Origin: an uncultured Bacilli bacterium | GTDB taxonomy: Bacteria > Bacillota_I > Bacilli_A > RF39 > UBA660 | DNA: 64,000 nt | Reading direction: 5' to 3' | Assembly: GCA_944371955.1 (NCBI GenBank) | Contig: CALVYB010000001.1 | Location: 422 to 64,421 of the forward strand | In this document: positions 20,225-30,027 of the stretch, one piece after another | Layout of the letters: each line of letters begins with the position of its first letter | Numbering within the stretch: position 1 is the stretch's first letter | Made by a program: the position numbers and the translations under genes | The notes under the pieces: model-generated | The model's input: the letters and a program-made list of their open reading frames with translations, nothing else | Told to the model about the DNA's origin: nothing | Database searches by the model: none

Positions 20225-22021
20225 TTAACTTTGTAACTGTTCAAATGTATCTACCGTCTCTTTAAATAATGTTAAAGATTCTTCTAATACTTTTGTATCA
20301 GTTAAACTCACATCAATTGTTTTCAAAATTTCTAATGGATAGTCTTTTCCACCAGATGATAAAAACTCTAAATATTTATTACAAAATTCTTCTTTTCTCT
20401 CCAAAATATTTTTAACTATATAACTTGCAATAGCTAATCCAGTTGCATACTGATACACATAGAACGGTCTATAAAAATGCGGAACCCTTAACCACTCATA
20501 TCGAATATCATTATCTACTACTACATCATTACCAAAATATAATTTATTTAATTCAAAGTATTTATCACATAACTTTTCAGCAGTTAAGACTTCGCCCTTA
20601 TCTACTTCATCATGCATATATAATTCAAACTCAGCAAACATCGTTTGACGATAAATAGTTGCTTTAAATGTATCTAGTCTCTCATTTAGTATAGCAAGTT
20701 TTTCTTCTTTAGTAGAAGCATGTTCTTCCATATAATAAGACAATAATAACTCATTTACTGTTGAAGCAATTTCTGCTAAGAAAATAGAGTAACTAGCATT
20801 TGTATATTCGTTATTTTTATTTGCCAAATAGCTATGCATAGAATGTCCCAACTCATGAGCAAGCGTAGATACATCATTATAACTTCCTGTATAATTTAAT
20901 AATACAAATGGTTTTGTATCATAAGTACCAGAAGAATAAGCACCGGAAGTTTTCCCTCTATTAGGATAAATATCAATCCATCTTTCAGTGAAGGATTTCT
21001 TTAATGTCTCAATATAATCTTCCCCTAATATCGATAAAGCATTGATAACTAATTGTTTGCCTTCTTCAAAAGAATACTTTTTTGTAATGTTACTAACTGT
21101 TGATACATAACCATCATACAGATGAAATTCTTTTAAACCAAGTTTATTCTTCTTAATATTAAAATATTTATATAGAGGTTCTAGATTATTATGAACTACA
21201 CTAATTAAATTATGATAAAGAGTAGCAGGTATATTATTTTTAAATAATGAAAATTCTAACGAACTATCGAAGTTCTTCAATCTAGCTGTAGTACTATTAC
21301 ATTTTATAGTACTTTCTAAAGTAGAAGCTAAAGTATTTTTAAACCCTCCAAATACTTGATTCATTTTTTCAAAGGCATCTTTTCTAACTCTTCTATCATT
21401 ACTACGAAGATAGACACTGTAATTACTTTGAGTTAATTCTACTTCATGTCCTTGTTCGTCTTGAATATTACCAAACCGCATATCTGCATCCATTAACATA
21501 TCCGCTGTTTTACTAGCAGAAGTTAATACTGTATTATATGCAGCCATTATCTTTTCTTCTGCTTCTGATAAATTATGGCATTGATATCTTAATATATCTT
21601 CTATCATATGGCGAAAAGGAGTTAACTCTTCTTCACTATCTACAAAACTTCTAATTCTATTTTTATCCTCTTTTAAAATAAGTGGTACTACAAAATTTGT
21701 TTTTTTTCTATACTCTTGATATAAGTTCGAAACTTTCCCAAGTAATTCTTGATATATTGTATTTGCAGTATCCTCATTGTTTTTAAGGTTAGCATATACA
21801 TAAACTTTTTCCAACTGTCTTTCTACTTGATCTGAAAGTAAAATAAATTCTTTAAAGTGCTGGCTATCTTTTAAAAAAGAATCTTTTTGTTCATCTAAAG
21901 CAGTTATTTTACTTTTACAACTCTCATAATCTTGTTGCCAATCTTCTAAACTTATATATATACTTTCTACATCCCAAGTATCTTTTTTTCTTACTTCACT
22001 TCGGTCTAAGACTTTTTCCAT
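20225..22021 (-). CDS. pepF: oligoendopeptidase F (M3B family), located between dnaK and dnaJ
   Basis: 598 aa with the 'HELGH' zinc motif and M3B-family length and architecture. Confidence 0.85.
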   Translation of the reverse strand: MEKVLDRSEVRKKDTWDVESIYISLEDWQQDYESCKSKITALDEQKDSFLKDSQHFKEFILLSDQVERQLEKVYVYANLKNNEDTANTIYQELLGKVSNLYQEYRKKTNFVVPLILKEDKNRIRSFVDSEEELTPFRHMIEDILRYQCHNLSEAEEKIMAAYNTVLTSASKTADMLMDADMRFGNIQDEQGHEVELTQSNYSVYLRSNDRRVRKDAFEKMNQVFGGFKNTLASTLESTIKCNSTTARLKNFDSSLEFSLFKNNIPATLYHNLISVVHNNLEPLYKYFNIKKNKLGLKEFHLYDGYVSTVSNITKKYSFEEGKQLVINALSILGEDYIETLKKSFTERWIDIYPNRGKTSGAYSSGTYDTKPFVLLNYTGSYNDVSTLAHELGHSMHSYLANKNNEYTNASYSIFLAEIASTVNELLLSYYMEEHASTKEEKLAILNERLDTFKATIYRQTMFAEFELYMHDEVDKGEVLTAEKLCDKYFELNKLYFGNDVVVDNDIRYEWLRVPHFYRPFYVYQYATGLAIASYIVKNILERKEEFCNKYLEFLSSGGKDYPLEILKTIDVSLTDTKVLEESLTLFKETVDTFEQLQS

Positions 22022-22056
22022 TATTTTCTCCTTTTATATCTTTAGATTAGAAAAGT

Positions 22057-22078
22057 AAGTAGTCCCGAGGGACTACTT
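22057..22078 (-). terminator. stable stem-loop (attenuator or partial terminator) between dnaK and pepF
   Basis: AAGTAGTCCC-GA-GGGACTACTT, a perfect 10-bp GC-containing stem 4 nt after the dnaK stop. Followed by ACTTTTCT and the AAAGGAGAAAATA ribosome-binding site of pepF. Confidence 0.5.
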
Positions 22079-22081
22079 GTA

Positions 22082-23926
<1,845 letters not shown>

Positions 23927-23938
23927 TCATCTCTCCTT

Positions 23939-24544
23939 TTATTTACTATTAACTTTTACTGAAGCAGGGCGAATCACCCTACCATTTAATTTATAACCTT
24001 TTAATAATACTTCAATAACAACATCGTCATCCATCTCATCAACACAATCTGTCATCAAAGCTTGCTCTTGATTTGGATCAAAAACTTCACCTACACGATT
24101 AATCTCTTCAACTCCAAATTTCTTTAGAATTTCCATTAAATTTGCATACATCATTTTAAATCCATCCAAGAACTTAGATAACTCATCAGTCAAATCATTA
24201 TCATCAAGTTTAATTGCTCTTTCAAAATTATCAGCAACATTAATTAATTCTGTAATTAAACCTTGATTAGCAAATTTTAACATATTAGCAGTTTCTTCAT
24301 CTTTTCTTTTACGATAATTAATAAGTTCTGCTTGTGTTAATTTCACTTTATCAATTAAACTTTGATTGTCTGCTTGCAGTTGTTGTATTTGTTCAAGCAA
24401 TTTTTGATTTTCTTCTTTTAATTTAGAGTCTTTCTTATTTTTCTTTTGTTTTTTATCTTCGCTTACTCCCCCAGGAATAGGTTTTTCTTCCTCAAGCACT
24501 TCTACTTGAGGATTTTTTTCTTCCAACTTTTCTTCTTTATCCAT
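23939..24544 (-). CDS. grpE: nucleotide exchange factor GrpE
   Basis: 201 aa with a coiled-coil N-terminus and a GrpE C-terminal beta domain. Operon position between hrcA and dnaK. Confidence 0.9.
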   Translation of the reverse strand: MDKEEKLEEKNPQVEVLEEEKPIPGGVSEDKKQKKNKKDSKLKEENQKLLEQIQQLQADNQSLIDKVKLTQAELINYRKRKDEETANMLKFANQGLITELINVADNFERAIKLDDNDLTDELSKFLDGFKMMYANLMEILKKFGVEEINRVGEVFDPNQEQALMTDCVDEMDDDVVIEVLLKGYKLNGRVIRPASVKVNSK

Positions 24545-24551
24545 AAAAGAC

Positions 24552-25538
24552 CTACCTTTCTATGTTTTCTTTCATGTACTCAAGAAACGAAACAACACGG
24601 TCATATTCCATTCTCTTAGGCCCAATAATTGCTAGTGTTCCTTCTTGATTACCATTTTTAAATCTAGTTTTGATAACAGTAACATCATCATCAATTTTAC
24701 TTTCACTACCAATATAGACCTTAATATTATTATCATCATCTTCTTCTATACTATGAATAAGTTCTGGACTTTCCAATTTATTAAACACAGTACGTATTTT
24801 CTCAATATTACTAAATTCTGGTTGACTTAAGAATTTATTTTTTCCAACAATGTTCACTTCTTGATTAGTAAAATCGCTAAACACATGATAGAAAGCATTA
24901 TATAGCTGCTCATGTTGTTTTACATATTTACCAATAATAGGTTTCACTTCATACTCTAGTTTTGCACTAACTTCATCAATAGGAGTACCAGCAATTAAAT
25001 TATTAATTAAATTTACTGTCTTTTTAACTTCATCCAAAGATACATCTTGTAAACGAATATTCTTATGTTCAACATGACCTTTATCAGTAATAACAATTAC
25101 AATTATACTAACATCATCAATAGGAATGACTTCTATTTGTTTAAGAAGATTCTCATGAGAAGTACTACCAAGTACTACTGTAGTATAATTAGTCATATCA
25201 GAAATCACCTGTAAACTCTTTACTATGACATCTGATAAAGCAAGCTGTTGATTATGAAAAACCGTTTGAAGTTTCAACATATCTTCTCCAGTCATTTTTT
25301 TAGGTTCCATTAAATTATCAACATAATAACGGTAACCTTCTTCACTAGGAACTCTTCCCGAAGAAGTATGAGTTTTCTCCAACAATCCAGCTTCTTCTAA
25401 AGCCGACATTTCATTACGAACAGTTGCACTGGAACATTTCAATGTTTTAGATATTGTCTTAGAACCAACTGGAATAGGATCTTTAATATATTTTTCAACA
25501 ATCAGTTTCAAGACCTTACATTGTCGATCCGTTAACAT
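24552..25538 (-). CDS. hrcA: heat-inducible transcription repressor HrcA
   Basis: N-terminal winged-HTH 'PVGSKTISK' and HrcA length. Two CIRCE operators lie immediately upstream. Confidence 0.92.
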   Translation of the reverse strand: MLTDRQCKVLKLIVEKYIKDPIPVGSKTISKTLKCSSATVRNEMSALEEAGLLEKTHTSSGRVPSEEGYRYYVDNLMEPKKMTGEDMLKLQTVFHNQQLALSDVIVKSLQVISDMTNYTTVVLGSTSHENLLKQIEVIPIDDVSIIVIVITDKGHVEHKNIRLQDVSLDEVKKTVNLINNLIAGTPIDEVSAKLEYEVKPIIGKYVKQHEQLYNAFYHVFSDFTNQEVNIVGKNKFLSQPEFSNIEKIRTVFNKLESPELIHSIEEDDDNNIKVYIGSESKIDDDVTVIKTRFKNGNQEGTLAIIGPKRMEYDRVVSFLEYMKENIER

Positions 25539-25556
25539 AACTTCAGCCTCCTACTG

Positions 25557-25583
25557 CTAGCACTATTATTATACGAGTGCTAA
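25557..25583 (-). promoter_or_regulatory. CIRCE operator (HrcA binding site), promoter-proximal copy
   Basis: CTAGCACTA-N9-GAGTGCTAA, compared with the consensus TTAGCACTC-N9-GAGTGCTAA. Confidence 0.85.
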
Positions 25584-25587
25584 TTGT

Positions 25588-25616
25588 ATTATATGACACT
25601 TATTAGCACTTGTCAA
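25588..25616 (-). promoter_or_regulatory. sigma-A type promoter of the hrcA-grpE-dnaK-pepF-dnaJ operon
   Basis: On the minus strand: TTGACA (25616..25611), a 17-nt spacer, then TATAAT (25593..25588). Both hexamers are perfect consensus and the promoter is overlapped or flanked by the two CIRCE elements. Confidence 0.7.
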
Positions 25617-25629
25617 TGTTTTGTGCTAA
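25603..25629 (-). promoter_or_regulatory. second, degenerate CIRCE operator overlapping the -35 element
   Basis: TTAGCACTT-N9-TTGTGCTAA; 8/9 and 7/9 matches to the CIRCE half-sites. Confidence 0.6.
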
Positions 25630-25653
25630 TCTTTTTTCAAAAAAAAGCAAGTA

Positions 25654-27387
25654 TTAATAACTTGCTACAACAAATTTCCATCTCTCAAAATGATTAGAAG
25701 AAGCCGGTAATGAGAAAAGCGGAGTATAAGCCGTACTTTTATACCCAACATTAATATTAGCTGCATTATATGGAGAAATTGTATAATATCCATTTCCTAA
25801 AGGTGTAATAGTAAGGTTTTGATTAACAGAAGATAAATTAGGAGAATTCAAATAAACCATCGCTTCAGACGACAATACAACAAAATCTTTCTGAAATTGA
25901 GCATTTTGAATATGATAATAACCACCATTTTTATAAACTCTCCACGCTTGATTATCTTCTCCTGTAAATAGTTGCATAGTAGCAGCAAAGTTGTCACCTT
26001 CCTGTTGAAGGGTCAAAACCTTATTATCACTAGCAGAAGAAAAAATATAATAATTGTTTTCTGGCAAATCACCAGTGGAATCATATTGAAATGTATTATA
26101 ACGAATACCATCAGAAGTTTCATATTCGTTTTGTTGACCAACAGTAGAAAGATCACTACTAGCCACTCTAAGTGGAACCCACGTGCTTTTATCAGCGCTT
26201 ACCAATAATTCGTGTCCAGTTACTCTAGATGATGAACTAGTATAAGAATAATTATGCCATACCGCTATTTCATCTAAATCCATCGGACTCTCCAATTGAT
26301 AAATTACACATTTTCGACCGCTTCCATTTATACTAGCATAAGTTCCAGGTGCATCAGCTTTACCATCATTAATAAGCGCAGTATTACTAAGGGTCCCTCC
26401 AATAGTTTCTACATAAGTTAGTTCTTGGCGAACACCGTTGCGTATAGCTTGTATTTCTACCCACTTTCCAATATTAGTACCACTACTAGATCCCGTAACG
26501 CAATCTTGGATATACATAACTTGATTTAGCTTAGTATTACTGCCTCTTCGAGGAGGTGTATTAACGTCATTATCAGACACCTTAGTAATTTTAAACTTAC
26601 CAACTCCAGAGTTGACGCCTGAAATCATCATACCATTATAAATAACGGGGGTATATGACTCTAGCACCATAGAACCACTAGAATTATATTTTCCACGATG
26701 AATCTGAAAAGTTTTAACAGTCTGATTAGTAGAAGAGCGCACGCCCGCATGCCCAGCTATATAGGAAGAGCCACCACCTGTACTAGTAGATCCTCCGTAT
26801 CCTCCTCCACCAGAACTACTAGCACTAGTCATCGTCTGAGTACCAGGGCTGCTACCTTTTCCAGCTATAGCTCCTCCATCACCAGTTGAACCACCACCAC
26901 CAGCTACCATAATACGAGAATCTAATGACTGAGAATCATTCCACTCTCCCGAAATAAGCCTAACATCACTAGCACCGCCACCAGTACTACCACTGTTAAA
27001 AGTATCATTAGCTCCTCCTTGAGCACCAAGATAAAAATAAAGATAATCATTATCTTCCAAAAAAATAATCCCAGAAGTATAGGAACCTCGTCCAGCATTA
27101 GCACCAGTTCCTCCGCTAGCACCCCATAATTCAATCTTATACCATCCTGCATCTGGAACAATAAATTGTCTTCCTTGAGCATCAACTACCCCACCAATAT
27201 ATTCTCCTTCCGTATTAGCAAGACTCAATCGATTAAGTTCATCTTCAACCTTGTCAACAAAAGTCACAGTATTTTGTCGGTTAGTACTTAAATTGCCAAA
27301 CAAAGCCAAAACAATTAATAAAGACATTATCATAAGCCCATATAATAATGTAGAAATAGCAAAACCTCGATTGTTTAACTTTTTCAT
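25654..27387 (-). CDS. pilin-like (prepilin-type N-terminus) surface protein with a Gly-rich domain and a C-terminal ricin-B (QxW) lectin domain
   Basis: N-terminus 'MKKLNNRG|FAISTLLYGLMIMSLLIVLALF' has the prepilin G|F cleavage context but lacks Glu5. Long G/S/T-rich tracts follow. The C-terminus carries QxW-type repeats ('DNQAWRVY', 'FERWKFV') typical of ricin-type beta-trefoil lectins. Confidence 0.6.
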   Translation of the reverse strand: MKKLNNRGFAISTLLYGLMIMSLLIVLALFGNLSTNRQNTVTFVDKVEDELNRLSLANTEGEYIGGVVDAQGRQFIVPDAGWYKIELWGASGGTGANAGRGSYTSGIIFLEDNDYLYFYLGAQGGANDTFNSGSTGGGASDVRLISGEWNDSQSLDSRIMVAGGGGSTGDGGAIAGKGSSPGTQTMTSASSSGGGGYGGSTSTGGGSSYIAGHAGVRSSTNQTVKTFQIHRGKYNSSGSMVLESYTPVIYNGMMISGVNSGVGKFKITKVSDNDVNTPPRRGSNTKLNQVMYIQDCVTGSSSGTNIGKWVEIQAIRNGVRQELTYVETIGGTLSNTALINDGKADAPGTYASINGSGRKCVIYQLESPMDLDEIAVWHNYSYTSSSSRVTGHELLVSADKSTWVPLRVASSDLSTVGQQNEYETSDGIRYNTFQYDSTGDLPENNYYIFSSASDNKVLTLQQEGDNFAATMQLFTGEDNQAWRVYKNGGYYHIQNAQFQKDFVVLSSEAMVYLNSPNLSSVNQNLTITPLGNGYYTISPYNAANINVGYKSTAYTPLFSLPASSNHFERWKFVVASY

Positions 27388-27414
27388 ATAATCACCTATC
27401 TTACCAATATTTTA

Positions 27415-27984
27415 TCACACATATCGTAAGATAGCCACCCATTTGTCACCATATTTTTTTCTCTTTACAATTCTTAAGCAAGACGGATAAATAATTTTTT
27501 CCAGTTGATCGCTTTCTGCAACTATTATTCCATTTTTATCCAATAAATTTAACTTTATAATATGAAAAATACTCTTCTCTACCAAATCTGTTTGATAGGG
27601 AGGATCAATAAATATAATATCAAAAACAATCCCTTTAGCTTCAAACTCTTTTAAAGCTTCCAAATAATCTAAACAAAAAACTGAAGCTTCACTTATATCT
27701 AAATTATTCAAATTATTCTGAATAACACGACAAGCTTTTTTATTTTTATCAACCAAATAAGCTTTTTTTGCCCCTTGACTTAACGCCTCTATCCCAAGAT
27801 TCCCGCTTCCAGCAAATAAATCTAATATCAACGCATCACTAATTGAATTTTGGATCATTGCGAATAAACTTTCTTTGACACGATCCATCGTTGGCCTAGT
27901 ACCCACAAGGTCAAATCCACTCAAATTACGGCCCTTATATTTACCACTAATAATTTTCACATTACTCTTCCTTCCTACAATCAA
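27415..27984 (-). CDS. rsmD: 16S rRNA (guanine966-N2)-methyltransferase RsmD
   Basis: 'LDLFAGSGNLGIEALSQGA' SAM-binding motif and the 'IFIDPPY' motif. About 189 aa. Confidence 0.85.
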   Translation of the reverse strand: MIVGRKSNVKIISGKYKGRNLSGFDLVGTRPTMDRVKESLFAMIQNSISDALILDLFAGSGNLGIEALSQGAKKAYLVDKNKKACRVIQNNLNNLDISEASVFCLDYLEALKEFEAKGIVFDIIFIDPPYQTDLVEKSIFHIIKLNLLDKNGIIVAESDQLEKIIYPSCLRIVKRKKYGDKWVAILRYV

Positions 27985-28252
27985 ATGTATAATTTAATTC
28001 CTTAAACTTTTGATTAATAGCTAAAATCAATACATTAACATCTGTCTCTTTTTCCTTATACGACAAAAAACTAGGAGAATTCATAATCTCCTGTTTCAGT
28101 TTTGTAGAAAAGCTTCTATTATACTCTTCTATTTTTGAAATAAGCTCCTTGTCATTAAATATTTCCTTTTTAGCTTCTAAATATTTTCTCACAACATCTT
28201 CATTAGATATTTCATTTTTCAATTGCTCTAATTTTTCCATTAATTCTTTCAT
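27962..28252 (-). CDS. YlbF/YmcA-family (Com_YlbF) regulatory protein-like
   Basis: 96-aa helical, K/E-rich protein. It sits directly upstream of rsmD, overlapping it by 23 nt, as ylbF does relative to ylbH in Bacillus. Confidence 0.45.
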   Translation of the reverse strand: MKELMEKLEQLKNEISNEDVVRKYLEAKKEIFNDKELISKIEEYNRSFSTKLKQEIMNSPSFLSYKEKETDVNVLILAINQKFKELNYTFDCRKEE

Positions 28253-28273
28253 AATTTTATTTTATCACAAAAC

Positions 28274-28501
28274 TTATTTTAATACATCCATAAAAGAAGA
28301 AAGCATTTCAATATTACCAATTAATTGCTCAATACGGTCTGGGAAAGTCAATTTAAAATATCTTTTTGCAACTTTTTCTAAATCTTTTAATGAACTAGGA
28401 TTTCTATTTAATAATTTATACCAAGAAGAATCAACTCTTAAATATGATTGGAGTAATGGAGTACTTTTAATAAGGTGGATTGTCTTAATATCCATAATCA
28501 A
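28274..28501 (-). CDS. hypothetical protein (75 aa)
   Basis: ORF coupled to the upstream 134-aa ORF by an ATGA overlap. No domain recognised. Confidence 0.35.
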   Translation of the reverse strand: MIMDIKTIHLIKSTPLLQSYLRVDSSWYKLLNRNPSSLKDLEKVAKRYFKLTFPDRIEQLIGNIEMLSSFMDVLK

Positions 28502-28902
28502 TCATCAAAATGCTGATATAAAGGTCGAGGCTCATAAGTAGAAACAGGATTTGTTTGTCCTACCCCAATATCCTGTAAAACACCCAACGCTTTTTGAATA
28601 TTAGCAATCCCTTTCTGAACAGAATCCAAATCAATATTTTTTATATGACCAACTAAATCTTTAAGACTAGAAGAAAGATCAGAAACATCATTTTCTCTAC
28701 TATTAGAATCAAGGTTGGTAGTAGAAAAATAATCATCCCAAATACTACTGCGCGCTCCATATATCTCATACAATTCATATAATCTTTGCCAACTTGTCTT
28801 TCCGCGTAAAACATAATCAGCTAATTCAGTATGTTCCCTAGCGAAAGACTTAAAACTTTCTTTCGACACAATATCACCTGCTACACTATATGTAAAAAAC
28901 AA
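28498..28902 (-). CDS. hypothetical protein (134 aa)
   Basis: ORF with a start/stop overlap to the next gene. No domain recognised. Confidence 0.4.
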   Translation of the reverse strand: MFFTYSVAGDIVSKESFKSFAREHTELADYVLRGKTSWQRLYELYEIYGARSSIWDDYFSTTNLDSNSRENDVSDLSSSLKDLVGHIKNIDLDSVQKGIANIQKALGVLQDIGVGQTNPVSTYEPRPLYQHFDD

Positions 28903-28912
28903 AAAAAGAAGA

Positions 28913-30027
28913 CTATTTTTTTAAATTATCTTCTCTTTCTAAATTACTTTTATGTCGAATAAATTCTTGTTCTAAACCATTTAAAATCTTCTGAACAATT
29001 TCATCATCCATATTTAAATGTAACACTTTTAAAGAATCAATCATATTCTCACCACGATAAATACAATCGTTAAAAGCTAATATTTTATTCGGAGAAATAT
29101 CACTCATACTAGAAATAGCATAATAAGAAATAGCGGTTCCTAATACATAACGAAAAGCATAAAATGCATTTACTTCTCGATTTGGTTCAAAGAATTCATT
29201 AGATTGCAATACCCCTACATCATCTTGTTCCAAGCTGAAAAACTTCTTTTGTGCAATATATCGATAACCATCTAACGATTCAAATGTTAACATTCCATAT
29301 TTTCTAGAATCCAAAAAACTTTGATCAGACACGCTTCCAAACAACAAGAAATCTCGAAGAAAAATAAAGTTATCACTGGCATTAGAACTAGCAGGCAATA
29401 GATTTTTAATTCTAAATGTTTGTGCCTTACTAATTTCTTTTGAATCATATCCTTTTTCTTCCATAAAACGAAACATCAAAGTTTCAAAATAAATAGAAAT
29501 CATTTCTGAAAAAAGATATCTATTATAAGTATCTCCTTGTCCAGATAAATTAAGTTGATGGCAAAACTCATGGATTACGTTAGCAGGATCACAATAATCA
29601 TGTTTTAAACTAATATCAATCTCACGATACATTTGATTATTTTTAAAATAATGCCTAGAAATATAGCCCTTAGGAGATTTTCCTTGTTCTAAAGCATCAT
29701 CAATATCTGCAAATTCTAAAACTCCATTTTGAAAATATTCAATCCACTTAGCATGATATTTAGGCATGTAACGCATAATAAACTGATTACACAAATCTAA
29801 CGTTTCAAGTCCACCAAGAGGTTTAGTGCAAACTTCATCTAAAAAATCATTTTCTGCTTTTTTTCATTTGGCTGAGAACAATAATGTTTTCGAACTAATT
29901 CGTTAATTTTGATAGAAATTCTTAAAAAAGAGGAGACATAATCTAGAAAACCAGTCTGTTCAAAGGCAAGACAATATTGATTTAAATAATCATTTAATAT
30001 TCGATATTCTTGATTCATAACTCCCCC
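28913..30027 (-). pseudogene. putative HExxH zinc metallopeptidase, split by a frameshift in an A7 run (ORFs 29860..30027 and 28913..29794)
   Basis: 'VIHEFCHQ' HExxH motif in the downstream ORF. An upstream 56-codon ORF ('MNQEYRILNDYLNQYCLAFEQ...') with its own start is in the -1 frame. The two join through the A7 run (T7 at 29858..29864 on the plus strand). Confidence 0.5.

Noticed and set aside
26700-27100. Possible nucleotide tandem repeat or CRISPR-like array in the Gly-rich region of the 577-aa protein
   Set aside because: The repetition is at the amino-acid level (GGT/GGA/AGC codon runs) without regular spacers or repeat units. It is a low-complexity coding region.
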